From assembly GCA_965205505.1 (NCBI GenBank), contig CBDBHB010000008.1, forward strand, positions 128,001 through 192,000: a stretch of DNA of 64,000 nt. Direction: 5' to 3'. How positions within the stretch are numbered: the stretch's first letter is position 1; each line of letters starts with the position of its first letter. Under the pieces are notes generated by a model, which worked only from the letters and a program-made list of their open reading frames with translations, had not been told where the DNA came from and searched no databases. Positions 29,210 through 43,427 of this stretch are shown here, one piece after another. The stretch is from Acidobacteriota bacterium. Lineage in GTDB: Bacteria > Acidobacteriota > UBA890 > WLXD01. A program made the position numbers and the translations under genes.

Positions 29210-31467
29210 TCAGAGGCTGGGAGCAATCTCCTTGAGATCGTACGCCTCGAGCACGTCACCGATCTTGACGTCGTTGAAATTCTCCAGCCCAATGCCACAC
29301 TCGTAGCCTTGCTGCACTTCGCGCACATCTTCCTTGAACCGACGCAGGGAGCCGACCTTGCCCTCGTAGATGATGCGTGAATCGCGTACCAGGCGAGCCC
29401 GCGTACCACGGGAGAACTTACCGTCGGTCACGTAACAACCCGCCACGACGCCGGCGCGCGGCACCCGGAAGGTATCGCGTACTTCCGCAGACCCCGTCGC
29501 CCGTTCTTCGAACGTCGGGTCCAGCTTGCCGACCATGGCCTCCCGCACCTCGTCGATAAGCCGGTAGATGACGGTATGTAGCCGCAGATCGACACGCTCG
29601 TGCGTCGCTGCGTCGGCCACCCCACGTTCCGGCCGCACGTTGAAGCCCACGATGATGGCGTCGGATGCCGACGCCAACAGTACGTCCGTCTCGGTCACGC
29701 CACCAACAGCGGCGAGCATGATCTCCACCTGCACCGAGTCGCCCGAGAGCTTGCTCAGGGCATCGCTGAGCGTCTGCACGGATCCCTTCGTGTCAGCCCT
29801 CAGTACCACCCGGAGCTTCACGCGTTCGCCCTCGAGGATGCGAGCGTGAAGGTCTTCAAGCGTCAAGCGCGAGCCGGCGGCTAGGTTTTCCGTACGCGCC
29901 TTGAACTGACGTAATTCAGCGACCTTCCGCGCCACTGAAGCCTCTTCGACCACCTGGAAGCTATCGCCGGCTTCCGGCACGCCGGAAAACCCGAGCACCT
30001 CTACAGCGGTCGCCGGAGGCGCATCCTTCGTCTGCTGGCCGCGCGCGTCGATCATCGCACGCACCTTGGCGCTCTCGGTGCCGGCAACGAGCGAATCGCC
30101 TACGCGCAAGGTACCTTCCTGAACCAGCAAGGTTGCCAAGGCGCCCCGCTGGCGATCCAGCTGAGCTTCGAGCACGGTGCCGCGTGCCGAAATCTCCGGG
30201 TTCGCTTTCAGCTCGAGGAGCTCCGACGATAGGATGATCATCTCCAACAGCTCGTCGAGATTCTCCTTGGTCTTGGCCGATACTGATACGCACACCGTGT
30301 CTCCACCCCAATCCTCAGGCGTCAACTGGTGCTCGATGAGCTGCTGCTTGGCACGCTCGACGTTGGCTTGCGGCAGGTCGATCTTGTTGATGGCCACCAG
30401 AATCGGCACGTTCGCCGCGCGCGCGTGACCAATAGCCTCAACGGTCTGCGGCATGATGCCGTCGTCGGCGGCCACCACGAGGACGACGATGTCGGTGATC
30501 TGCGCGCCGCGAGCCCGCATACGTGTGAACGCCTGGTGGCCAGGCGTGTCGATAAGCACGATGCGATTGCCCTTCCACTCAACTTCGGAGGCGCCGATAT
30601 GCTGCGTGATCCCGCCCGCTTCCCGTGCCACGACGTTGGTTTCCCGAATCGAATCCAGTAGTTGCGTCTTGCCGTGGTCGACGTGGCCCATGATCGTCAC
30701 CACCGGGGCGCGCGGCGCCAAATCCGCCTCGTCGCCGGCGTCCTGTTCGCCGAGCAGCCGCTCGTCGGCGGTAACAACTCTGAGGTTTACACCGTGCTCT
30801 GCGGCGATCGCCATCGCCACCTCGGCGTCGAGCGACTGAGTGAGGTTGGCCATGATGCCCTTGGCCATGAGCTTGGTGATGATCTCCGTAGGACTGATTC
30901 CGGCCGCTTCCGCAAGCTCACGGACGGTAACGCCTTCTTCGACCTCGATTGGCTCCGAGTCGAGCGTCGCTGCAACCGTCCCGTTCGCCTCGGTCACGTC
31001 GTCGACGGCCTGTGGCTCGTCGACAACGTCGGCTTCGGCTTCTTCGACCTCCGACATCGCGTCGACCGGCTCAGGCTTCGCCTCGATCTCTACCGGCGGC
31101 TCGGGCTTGGCTCGGGCTTGGCCTCGGATTTCGCCTTGGCCTCGGATTTCGCCTTGGCCTTGGGCTTCGCCTTGACCTTGGGCTTCGCCTTGACCTTGGG
31201 CTTCGCCTTGACCTTGGGCTTCGCCTTGACCTTGGGCTTCGCCTTGGCCTTGGGCTTCGCCTTGACCTTGGGCTTCGCCTTGACCTTGGGTTTGACTTTG
31301 GCGTCGGCCGCGTCGGTCCGACCCGCGAGCAGCTCGCGAAGCCGGCCAGCGTCGGCATCCGAGATGGCGTTGGCGTGCGATTTCACCGCTACGCCAAGGT
31401 CGTTGAGCCGCTCGATGGCAACCTTGCTCGCGATGTCGAGCTCCTTGGCGATCTCGTGTACTCGCAT
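29210..31467 (-). CDS. infB: Translation initiation factor IF-2, frameshift near 31110
   Basis: N-domain [10 protein letters not shown] (31090-31467) out of frame with G-domain ORF 29210-31057 ([21 protein letters not shown]). Confidence 0.93.
31122..31301. repeat. 18-bp coding tandem repeat (AKPKVK)n in the infB linker
   Basis: TTGGGCTTCGCCTTGACC units directly visible. Confidence 0.93.
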
Positions 31468-31557
31468 CGGATCTCTCTGTCTCTAGGTTCTGGACTTCGT
31501 TTCGTGTGGGTTCTGCGACTAGGTGTGGGTTCTGCGAAGGGTGCCGGCCATGGCCTG

Positions 31558-32943
31558 CTAGGCGGGTTCCGCCTCCGACTCCGTTGTGTCTGCGCCTGTC
31601 TCCGGCTCAGGTGTGACATTCTGCTCGGCTGCCGAAGGCTCGACAATCTCAGAGGTCGAGGCAGCCTGCTGGATCTTCGCCGCGGATTTCGGCCCGATGC
31701 CGTCGACCGCGACCAACGCTTCTATGTTCGCTGCAACGATATCCGCGGCGCTCGTGAAACCCGCCGCAAGCAGCGCCGCCGCAGCCTTCGGTCCGACACC
31801 CGGTATCTGCCGCAGCGCTGCCACCGACGAAGCCTCTGAGCCCGCCGAATCACCCCCGGCGTCGATCGTCTCAACCACCGGTGGTGCCAGCTCCTGCCGC
31901 TTCTGCTCGTGGCTCTTCACGTCGATCTTGCGGCCAAGGAGCTTTCCGGCGAGGCGCACGTTCTGTCCTCGCTTGCCGATCGCCAGCGACAGCTGGTCCT
32001 CGTCAACGATGACCTCGAGATGGTGCTCCTCGCGGCCGTGATCGTCGACCACCAGCAGCTCGCCCACCCGGCTGACACGCGCCGGCTTGAGTGAATTGAT
32101 GGCGTACTGGTCCGGATCCTCGGCCCACTCCACGATGTCGATCTTCTCGCCCCGCAGCTCGCGAATGATCGCCTGAACGCGCGAACCGCGCATGCCAACG
32201 CAGGCCCCCACAGGATCGATATCGGCGTCCTTGGAGTAGACCGCAACCTTGGCACGATCGCCGCCCTCTCGCACAGCTCCCTTGATCGCCACCGTACCGT
32301 CGTAGATCTCGGGCACTTCCATCTCGAAGAGGCGTCGCAAAAGCTTGGGGCTACTGCGTGAGACGACGATCTGCGGCCCCCGTGTGACGCGCAGCACTTC
32401 GACGATTACCACGCGGATTCGATCGCTGATGTTGTAGTGCTCCGCGCGCGACTGTTCTCGCCGGGGCAGCAGCGCCTCCGCGCGTCCCAGATCGACGATC
32501 ATGTCACCACGCTCAAAGCGCTTGACAGTTCCGGTGAGCAACTCACCGATCCGATCGCTGTACTCAGCGTGAATGTTGTCGCGTTCGGCGTCGCGGACTT
32601 TTTGATAGAGAACTTGCTTGGCGGCCTGCGCCGCAATTCGGCCAAGCTGGTCGGTGGACATCGACGTACGCATCTGCGCGCCGATCTGTGGATCTTCCAT
32701 ACCCTCCTGGCGTGCGTTCTCGACGGTGATCTCCGAGCACGGGTCTTCCACCTCCTCGACCACGGTCTTGACCGCGTGTAGCTCGACCACTCCGGTCTCG
32801 GGGTTGAGCTCCGCCTCGAGGTAGTCCTCGGTGCGATAGAACTTCTGCGCCGCTACCGCCATCGCTTCTTCGATCGCGGCCACGATGATCTTGGGCTCGA
32901 TGTTCTTCTCTCGGCCAATCTGTTCGATCGTTTGGAGCAGCAT
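31558..32943 (-). CDS. nusA: Transcription factor NusA
   Basis: GRIAAQAAKQ, DPVGACVGMRGSRV, LAIGKRGQNVRLA, C-terminal HhH. Confidence 0.97.
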   Translation of the reverse strand: MLLQTIEQIGREKNIEPKIIVAAIEEAMAVAAQKFYRTEDYLEAELNPETGVVELHAVKTVVEEVEDPCSEITVENARQEGMEDPQIGAQMRTSMSTDQLGRIAAQAAKQVLYQKVRDAERDNIHAEYSDRIGELLTGTVKRFERGDMIVDLGRAEALLPRREQSRAEHYNISDRIRVVIVEVLRVTRGPQIVVSRSSPKLLRRLFEMEVPEIYDGTVAIKGAVREGGDRAKVAVYSKDADIDPVGACVGMRGSRVQAIIRELRGEKIDIVEWAEDPDQYAINSLKPARVSRVGELLVVDDHGREEHHLEVIVDEDQLSLAIGKRGQNVRLAGKLLGRKIDVKSHEQKRQELAPPVVETIDAGGDSAGSEASSVAALRQIPGVGPKAAAALLAAGFTSAADIVAANIEALVAVDGIGPKSAAKIQQAASTSEIVEPSAAEQNVTPEPETGADTTESEAEPA

Positions 32944-32965
32944 CTATCCGCTCTCCTCGCCCAAC

Positions 32966-33427
32966 TCAGATCTCACCTTCCAGGCACGCCTCGGTCACCC
33001 GCTTGAGCGGTATCTCGAGTCGTCCTTGGGCGTCATCGTCGAGCAGAATGGTGCCGTGCTGCAGGCCACGAAGGAGGCCCCGATGCAAATGTTCGCCGTC
33101 CGGCTCCCCAGCCAGTATCCGCACCCTGTGCCCGGCGTATCGGCGAAAGTCTGCGGCAACGAGCAACGGTCGATCGAGTCCCGGCGAAGAAACCTCCAGT
33201 CGGTAAGCACCGGGCAGCAGGTCTTCGACGTCCAGAACGGCCGACAGCTGGCAGCTGACGCGGGCGCAGTGCTCAACGTTGACACCGCTCTCGCAATCAA
33301 TCACCACGCGCAGCATCCAACCGCCGCCCTCGAACAAGTGGCGCAGGTCGACCAGGGTGCAGCCCTCGCGTCGCGCGATGCGCTCCGCATGCGGCCGAAC
33401 CAGCTCGGCGACGCCGCCGGAAGACAC
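32966..33427 (-). CDS. rimP: Ribosome maturation factor (start approximate)
   Basis: LRVVID, YRLEVSSPGLDRPL. Confidence 0.9.
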   Translation of the reverse strand: MSSGGVAELVRPHAERIARREGCTLVDLRHLFEGGGWMLRVVIDCESGVNVEHCARVSCQLSAVLDVEDLLPGAYRLEVSSPGLDRPLLVAADFRRYAGHRVRILAGEPDGEHLHRGLLRGLQHGTILLDDDAQGRLEIPLKRVTEACLEGEI

Positions 33428-33509
33428 TTTCTCTTCCGGCCTCCGGCTCAATCGAGCGTCGCTTTGCTGTGTTTCCTGGGTCGCGGACGTTGCCAAAAAA
33501 CCCCCTAAC

Positions 33510-33539
33510 AAAAAAAAGGGCGGGCGCTGGGGCCCACCT
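33510..33539 (-). terminator. rimP leader hairpin / intrinsic attenuator
   Basis: GGUGGGC-CCCAGC-GCCCGCC followed by a U tract upstream of rimP-nusA. Confidence 0.7.
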
Positions 33540-33562
33540 CTCCGAGGTCCCGAATTAGTGAA

Positions 33563-33591
33563 ACCGTAACAAAAATGGTGGGCACCTTCAA
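33563..33591 (-). promoter_or_regulatory. Putative sigma70 promoter for rimP-nusA-infB
   Basis: TTGAAG-17 nt-TACGGT with extended TG. Confidence 0.4.
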
Positions 33592-33731
33592 CGAGCCCTC
33601 GCGCCGGCGCGCCGGCGCGAGGGGATTCCAGCGACCTGTTAGTGTCCCTGACGGGATTCCGTCCATACTTCTTGTCGGGCCAGCGGAGGGTCCGTAGGCA
33701 GCGAGAAGGCACCCCAGTTCGAGGCTCATCG

Positions 33732-34904
33732 ATGCCGCCGTATTCCCTCCTTCGCGATCTGACCTGCAGCCGGTGCGCTTCGTCGCACGATGCCGATCTG
33801 CTCCAGAGGTTCTGTACCAGCTGCGGCGGTCCCCTGTATCCGCGCTACGAGCTCGACGCCAGCCGAGTGGCTTGGAACAACGAGACACTGGCAAGCCGGC
33901 CGTGGAACCTATGGCGGTACGCTGAGCTCTTGCCCGTGCGGGCACCGGAGCACCGCCTGAGCCTAGGCGAGGGCGGTACCCCCCTGTTGTCGGCAGAGCG
34001 ACTCGGCGAACAACTCGGCCTACGCCGTCTGTTGCTGAAGGACGAGGGTGTCAACCCGACCGGTTCCTTCAAGGCCCGTGGTCTATGCATCGCCGTGAGT
34101 CGCGCACGCGAGCTCGGTGCCCGAACGCTGTCGATCCCCACAGCGGGCAACGCGGGCAGCGCCCTGGCCGCCTACTGCGCCCGCGGCGGGCTCAAAGCGA
34201 TCGTCTACATGCCTGTCGACACACCGCGAGAGTTCGTCGTTGAGTGCCGCGATCTCGGGGCGCAGGTAGTGATGGTCGAAGGCACCATTGCCGATGCTGG
34301 TGCGCGGATGGCGGCCGACGCGGCGGACGGCTGGTTCCCGGTAAGCACTTTGCAGGAGCCCTACCGACTCGAGGGTAAGAAAACGCTGGGCTTCGAGCTC
34401 GCCGAGCAGTTGGGCTGGCAGCTGCCGGAGAGCATCGTCTACCCCACCGGAGGTGGCACCGGCCTGCTCGGCATGTGGAAGGCTTTCGACGAGCTCGAGG
34501 CGTTGGGCTTGATCGGCTCGCAGAGGCCCCGAATGTACACCGTTCAGGCGGAGGATTGTGCACCCATAGTGCGGGCATTCGAAGCCGGCGATGCTGGCGC
34601 CGAGCCCTGGGCCGATGCCCAGACCGTAGCCAACGGACTCCGCGTTCCTCGTGCGTTCGCGGATCGAGAGATCCTCGCTGTGCTGCGCGATTCTGGCGGC
34701 GATGCGATCACGGTGTCGGATGAGGCGATGCTAGACATGCTGCGCATGGCCGCGCGCTTGGAGGGCATCTACGCCGCTCCTGAGGCCGCAGCTACGCTGG
34801 TGGCAGCGGCTGAGCTGGCGCAGCAGGGCCGACTTGACGGCGACGGGCGCGTCGTCTGCTTCCTCACCGGCAACGCATATAAGTACCTGTCGTCGCTTGG
34901 CTAG
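33732..34904 (+). CDS. thrC: Threonine synthase family PLP enzyme
   Basis: N-terminal CxxC..CxxC, SLGEGGTP, NPTGSFKARG, PTGGGTG. Confidence 0.8.
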   Translation: MPPYSLLRDLTCSRCASSHDADLLQRFCTSCGGPLYPRYELDASRVAWNNETLASRPWNLWRYAELLPVRAPEHRLSLGEGGTPLLSAERLGEQLGLRRLLLKDEGVNPTGSFKARGLCIAVSRARELGARTLSIPTAGNAGSALAAYCARGGLKAIVYMPVDTPREFVVECRDLGAQVVMVEGTIADAGARMAADAADGWFPVSTLQEPYRLEGKKTLGFELAEQLGWQLPESIVYPTGGGTGLLGMWKAFDELEALGLIGSQRPRMYTVQAEDCAPIVRAFEAGDAGAEPWADAQTVANGLRVPRAFADREILAVLRDSGGDAITVSDEAMLDMLRMAARLEGIYAAPEAAATLVAAAELAQQGRLDGDGRVVCFLTGNAYKYLSSLG

Positions 34905-35016
34905 TAGCAGGCCATGGTGGAAGTGTGTCGGGCCTGGCTGTGGCAACCTGGGGTCAGATTCGAGGCGACCTCGGTCGCGCTCGCCACAATATGCAACAGA
35001 TTCCTGACTCAGGTCG
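34905..35016. repeat. Chimeric MITE-A end fused to MITE-B end
   Basis: 34905-34971 resembles 28508-28575; 34972-35016 resembles 1445-1490 and 53266-53311. Confidence 0.75.
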
Positions 35017-35105
35017 CGAGTAGGCCCCAAGGGGGAGTGTCGCTGCAGCCCAAGGGGCAATATGATGGTCGCTATCCGGTCTCGAAAAATCGCCGTGAGG
35101 GAATT

Positions 35106-35321
35106 ATGTTCGGCTCGATCGGGGGCACTGAGCTGCTCATCATCCTGGTGATCGCGCTCGTGGTGTTCGGCCCGAAGCGTCTGCCGGAGCTGGGGCGCAC
35201 GATTGGCAAGGGCCTGAGTGAGTTCCGACGAGCCTCGAACGACCTGAAACGCTCGCTTGAAGATGAGATCACGCTCGATGAGCAGCGCAGCGAGCGGCCG
35301 GAATCTCGCGATACTGACTGA
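35106..35321 (+). CDS. tatA: Twin-arginine translocase subunit A/B
   Basis: IGGTELLIILVIALVVFGPKRLPELGR. Confidence 0.9.
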   Translation: MFGSIGGTELLIILVIALVVFGPKRLPELGRTIGKGLSEFRRASNDLKRSLEDEITLDEQRSERPESRDTD

Positions 35322-35362
35322 GCGAGTGGGCCGACTGAGCGAGTGGTCGGAGTAACTGCGCG

Positions 35363-36139
35363 GTGAGCGAGTCTGAAGGCGTAACGACGGCCGACGACCA
35401 GCCGGGAGCTGGCCGGAGCGAGGCGTTACCGGAAATGACGTTGCTCGGTCACCTGACCGAGCTCCGCCAACGCCTCATCGTCAGCTTGGTGACGTTCGTC
35501 ATCGGGATGGTTGTGTGCTGGGCGTTCGCGGCGGAAATCTACAGCATTCTGACCCGGCCGATCGTCGAGTTGCTCCCCGGCGACGAACGTCCCGCGTACC
35601 TTTCACTTACTGAGCCATTCATTCTCTATTTGAAAGTCGCCGCGCTATCGGGGTTCCTTGTCGCGTCCCCGGTGATCATCTACCAGGTTTGGATGTTCGT
35701 TGCGCCGGGACTGTACCGACGCGAGCGACACTACGCGTTTCCGGTCGTGCTGTCCTCGGTGGGGTGTTTCCTTTTGGGCGCCCTGTTCGGGTACCGCGTC
35801 CTCTTCCCGGTGATGGCCAACTTCTTCCTGTCGCTCGGTGGCGACTTCAGACCCGTACTGGCAGTGAACAACCTCTTCGGGTTCCTCACCCGCACCCTCC
35901 TTGGCTGCGCGCTTATTTTCCAGTGGCCGATCGTCGTGTTGTTTCTCGCGCGGCTGGGCATCCTGACGGCTGGAAGCATGTGGCGAAATTTCCGCTATGC
36001 GGTGCTCATCATCTTCGTCGTAGCGGCTGTAGTAACCCCGACCCCGGACATGGCGACCCAGACCATCCTGGCCTTGCCGATGCTGCTTCTATACGTCATC
36101 GGGATCGTGATCGCGTGGGCGGTAGCGCCGCGCAGCTGA
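35363..36139 (+). CDS. tatC: Twin-arginine translocase subunit C
   Basis: MTLLGHLTELRQRL, FVAPGLY..E, TPTPD. Confidence 0.95.
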   Translation: MSESEGVTTADDQPGAGRSEALPEMTLLGHLTELRQRLIVSLVTFVIGMVVCWAFAAEIYSILTRPIVELLPGDERPAYLSLTEPFILYLKVAALSGFLVASPVIIYQVWMFVAPGLYRRERHYAFPVVLSSVGCFLLGALFGYRVLFPVMANFFLSLGGDFRPVLAVNNLFGFLTRTLLGCALIFQWPIVVLFLARLGILTAGSMWRNFRYAVLIIFVVAAVVTPTPDMATQTILALPMLLLYVIGIVIAWAVAPRS

Positions 36140-36141
36140 TC

Positions 36142-37851
36142 TCATACGCTGACGTCGTTGATCTCCAACTGAGCTGTGAGCCGCCCCTTCCACTTGCGCG
36201 CCCGCAACGTGGCTACCAGCGAGATCCGCTCAGCACCACGGAGCGATTCGGCGAGGTCAGCCCGCCGCCAGCCCACCGCCTCGATGTCGGCCTCCGGACC
36301 GCGAAAATGTAACTTCACGTGCTCCTCCTTGAGCAAGCGTGGAGGCGCAGCAAGACGGAGATCCCGGCACAAGAAGCGCGGGCGAGGGTTCCCGATGCCG
36401 AATGGTGCCAGCCGTTCCAGCTCGAGTGCGAGCGCCGACGTAATGTTCTCCGGCTGCAGTTCAGCATCGCATGTGAGGGTGGAGCGAAGCGCCTCTGGAT
36501 CCTGGCGATCAGCATGCTCGATGAGGCTGGCGCGTAGCGCATCCAACTGATTCGCCGGAAGGTGGAATCCGGCGGCCTGGTGATGCCCGCCGAACGCCGT
36601 GAGATGTTGTGCCGCCGCTTGCAGAGCCGCCACCATGTTGAAGCCGGGAACCGATCGGGCCGAGCCATGCGCGGAGTCGCCGTCCGTCGAGATCACCAGC
36701 GCCGGCCGACCGAAGCGTTCCACCAGCCGTGACGCGACGATTCCGATTACGCCGCGATGCCAGCCGTCGCCACTGACCACGGTGATCGGATCCTCGCCCT
36801 TACATACGGCAGCAGCTTCGGCATACACGCCACGCTCCGTTTCTTGGCGGAGGGCGTTGAGCCGCTGCAACTTGCCGGCAAGCCTCCGGGCACGGCCGGG
36901 ATCCGCGGTTAGAAACATCTCGGCAGCGTCGTTCGGATGTGCTAGCCGGCCGGCCGCGTTAATCCGCGGCGCCAGGCGAAAGGCAATGTCAGAGGCGCTT
37001 ACCCGCCGTGCGTCGACGCCCGCCACGTCCATCAGCGCCTTCAACCCAGGATTGGTCGCGCTGGCAAGACCCGCAAGACCGTGGAGCGCCATGACCCGGT
37101 TCTCTCCGCGCAGCGGCACCAGGTCGGCGACCGTTCCGAGGGCAACGAGCTTCAGCATCGAGATCCCGCTGAGCTGCGTGGGATGCCGCTCGAGCAGCCC
37201 GCGCGCCAGCTTGAAGGCCACGCCTACCGCCGCAACCTCCTGTTCCGGATAGCCCGAGTCGGGCAACCGCGGGTTCAACAGCGCAATCGCCTGCGGCAGC
37301 TCTGGCCGGGGCAAATGATGATCCACCACAATGACGTCGATCCCGAGCGTGCGCGCGTGCGTGCAAGCTTCGAAAGCCGTGATGCCACAATCCACAGCGA
37401 TGAGCACCGCGGCGCCCGCAGCGTGCGCCTTGTCGATGCCGCTCGGGTTGAGCCCATAACCGTCATCGATCCGATGAGGAAGAATGAGGTCCACCTCTCC
37501 ACCGAGATGACGTAGCACAGTCACCAGGAGGACCGCGCCCGTAATTCCGTCCACGTCGTAGTCGCCGTGTACGGCGATCCGCTCATCGTTGCGCAGCGCA
37601 GACATCAGTCGGTCGACCGCCGTTTCCATCTGGACGAAGGCAAACGGCGAGTGCAACTCGTCGAGCCCGGGCGCCAGAAAGCCTTCGGCGGCAGCGACCG
37701 TATCCAACCCACGTGCTACGAGCACTTGAGCGGTAATCGGGTGTAGCCCCAGCGCGGTTTCGATCTGGGCGGTGAGCGTGAGGTCCACATCACGCACCCG
37801 CCAGGGTTGCCGAGCCGCCAAGATGGGCGCGTCGACAGCCTGCCCTGTCAC
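36142..37851 (-). CDS. recJ: ssDNA exonuclease
   Basis: GDYDVDG, DCG, VDHH, PRINAAGR, GSARS, GGHHQAAG. Confidence 0.96.
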   Translation of the reverse strand: MTGQAVDAPILAARQPWRVRDVDLTLTAQIETALGLHPITAQVLVARGLDTVAAAEGFLAPGLDELHSPFAFVQMETAVDRLMSALRNDERIAVHGDYDVDGITGAVLLVTVLRHLGGEVDLILPHRIDDGYGLNPSGIDKAHAAGAAVLIAVDCGITAFEACTHARTLGIDVIVVDHHLPRPELPQAIALLNPRLPDSGYPEQEVAAVGVAFKLARGLLERHPTQLSGISMLKLVALGTVADLVPLRGENRVMALHGLAGLASATNPGLKALMDVAGVDARRVSASDIAFRLAPRINAAGRLAHPNDAAEMFLTADPGRARRLAGKLQRLNALRQETERGVYAEAAAVCKGEDPITVVSGDGWHRGVIGIVASRLVERFGRPALVISTDGDSAHGSARSVPGFNMVAALQAAAQHLTAFGGHHQAAGFHLPANQLDALRASLIEHADRQDPEALRSTLTCDAELQPENITSALALELERLAPFGIGNPRPRFLCRDLRLAAPPRLLKEEHVKLHFRGPEADIEAVGWRRADLAESLRGAERISLVATLRARKWKGRLTAQLEINDVSV

Positions 37852-38801
37852 TGGGACGCGAAGGTCCCCATAGCCCGGTACTTGTGATACCGCTGTTCCA
37901 GCATCGTGTCGATATCCAGCGCATCGAGCTCCACGAGCTGCCGACGCAACACATCACCCACGCTGGCGACGGCGGCCGCGTGGTCGGCGTGTGCACCGCC
38001 GATCGGCTCGCTGATTATCTCGTCGACGATTTCCATCTCGACGAGATCCGGGGCGGTCAGGCGTAGCGCGTCGGCGGCCGATTCGGCGTGCTCGCCGTCA
38101 CGCCACAGTATCGACGAGCACGACTCGGGCGAGATCACCGAGTAAACAGCGTGCTCCAGCATGCTGACTCGATCCGCCACACCGATAGCAAGGGCCCCGC
38201 CGCTGCCGCCTTCACCGATGACCGTGGCGATGATTGGTACGCGCAGGCCCGCCATCTCACGCAGATTCATGGCGATCGACTCGGCTACGCCACGCTCCTC
38301 GGCGCCGGAGCCCGGATACGCACCGGGCGTGTCGATGAAGGTAAGCACCGGGTTTCCGAACTTCTCTGCCAACCGCATCACCCGCAGCGCCTTGCGATAA
38401 CCCTCGGGGTTGGGCATTCCGAAGTTGCGGTGCAGCTTCTCCTTGGTGCTACGTCCCTTTTGGTGCCCCACCACCGCCACGGGCCGCCCCTCGAACGAGG
38501 CCAGGCCGGCGACCATCGCCGCGTCGTCGCGAAAGAGCCGATCGCCATGCAACTCGACGAAGTCGCGGCATAGGCCCCCTATGTAATCGAGCGTATGAGG
38601 TCGCTTGGGGTGGCGAGCCACGAGCGTCGTCTGCCAGCGACTGAGATTCGCGTAGACCTCCTGCCGAGTACTGTCAAGCTTCTCCTCTAGTCGTTGCAGC
38701 CTGACGTCACGCTGCATCGATTCCGGGTATCCCTGCAGCGCCGCGATCTGCTGCTCAAGATCGCGAATCGGCTTCTCTAGCTCCTCTGCCTTTCGCAACA
38801 T
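37848..38801 (-). CDS. accA: Acetyl-CoA carboxylase carboxyltransferase alpha
   Basis: ELHGDR, PEGYRKA, IDTPGAYPG, GEGGSGGAL. Confidence 0.97.
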   Translation of the reverse strand: MLRKAEELEKPIRDLEQQIAALQGYPESMQRDVRLQRLEEKLDSTRQEVYANLSRWQTTLVARHPKRPHTLDYIGGLCRDFVELHGDRLFRDDAAMVAGLASFEGRPVAVVGHQKGRSTKEKLHRNFGMPNPEGYRKALRVMRLAEKFGNPVLTFIDTPGAYPGSGAEERGVAESIAMNLREMAGLRVPIIATVIGEGGSGGALAIGVADRVSMLEHAVYSVISPESCSSILWRDGEHAESAADALRLTAPDLVEMEIVDEIISEPIGGAHADHAAAVASVGDVLRRQLVELDALDIDTMLEQRYHKYRAMGTFASQ

Positions 38802-38848
38802 GGCGCAAGACTAGCACGGCCTCATCAACCCGCTGCCGGCCAGGCACG

Positions 38849-39411
38849 CTACCGGGATTCAGGGGGTCGGGGATGAAACACACGCCCTACGGCGCCCATC
38901 AGAGCAACGATCCACCCCCCTATTGCTCCCCACCGACCGGCGCCCGCACGCCGCGTCGGCTCGACCCGGTGGAGCCGCTCCACGGCATTTGCGACCGCTC
39001 GTTCGCTGAGCTCGTCGAGAAACCCGTCGAACACTTCGACGGCCTCGCCACTCCAGCCCTCCAGCGCCACGTAACTTCGCGCCTCGGTTCTCCACTGCGC
39101 TGCGACGTCGTCGATCCAGGTCAGCAACGACGGCAGCTCGGGCCCCGGGGGCGGGCCGCCCTCGCACCGAATACGCGCCCATACCTTGAGGATCTCAGTG
39201 AGCTCGGTCGCGAGGTTACCAGCCAGCGCCTTGGCGCAGTGTGCGTCGTCATCGAACAGTGGTGCCAGCGAGCCCATGCTTCGGCGCCAGTCGCCCTGTC
39301 GTTGTCCGATACGCTGACGTAGACGCCGAAACTGCTCTTCCTGCTCGCCCACGAGTCCGGAATGCGCCGGAATGGCCCGCAACAGGGTCTCGATTCGTTC
39401 GGCGTCGTCGG

Positions 39412-39415
<4 letters not shown>
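38849..39415 (-). CDS. Hypothetical protein
   Basis: GTG overlaps the dnaE TGA; fills the dnaE-accA gap; helical with hydrophobic C-terminal segment. Confidence 0.6.
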
Positions 39416-42975
<3,560 letters not shown>

Positions 42976-42988
42976 CCGCGCCACTCGA

Positions 42989-43157
42989 TTATTCCCATTC
43001 AATCGTTGCCGGGGGCTTTGTGGAAATGTCGTAGACGACTCGGTTGACGCCTTCGACTTCGTTGACGATGCGCGACCCCGCCCGCTGCAGTACGTCATGG
43101 GGAAGCGGGGCCCAATCCGCAGTCATACCATCTACTGAATTCACTGCTCGCAGGATT
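42989..43157 (-). pseudogene. guaA: GMP synthase C-terminal remnant
   Basis: [33 protein letters not shown] only. Confidence 0.88.
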
Positions 43158-43167
43158 CGCTGTCTGC

Positions 43168-43365
43168 TCACCTGAGGTTGTCCTCGAACAGCTTCAGAAT
43201 ACGGCGGTACTCATCGGCCCACGATGCCGGCTCTACGGACCGGTGACTCTCGACCGGGTACAGCGCCACCTCCCAGTTCTCCTTGCCAGGCTCGACCAGC
43301 CGCTGGGCTAACCGCGCTACCCTCTGAAAGTGGACGTTCGCATCGATGACGCTATGACAGACAGC
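43168..43365 (-). pseudogene. S9 (prolyl oligopeptidase-like) peptidase C-terminal remnant
   Basis: [42 protein letters not shown]; no catalytic Ser motif. Confidence 0.72.
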
Positions 43366-43427
43366 AGTGGGTCTTGGAGCCCCTCCGCGAAGTATATGGG
43401 TGACCAGTCCATCCTGTCGTACACAGC

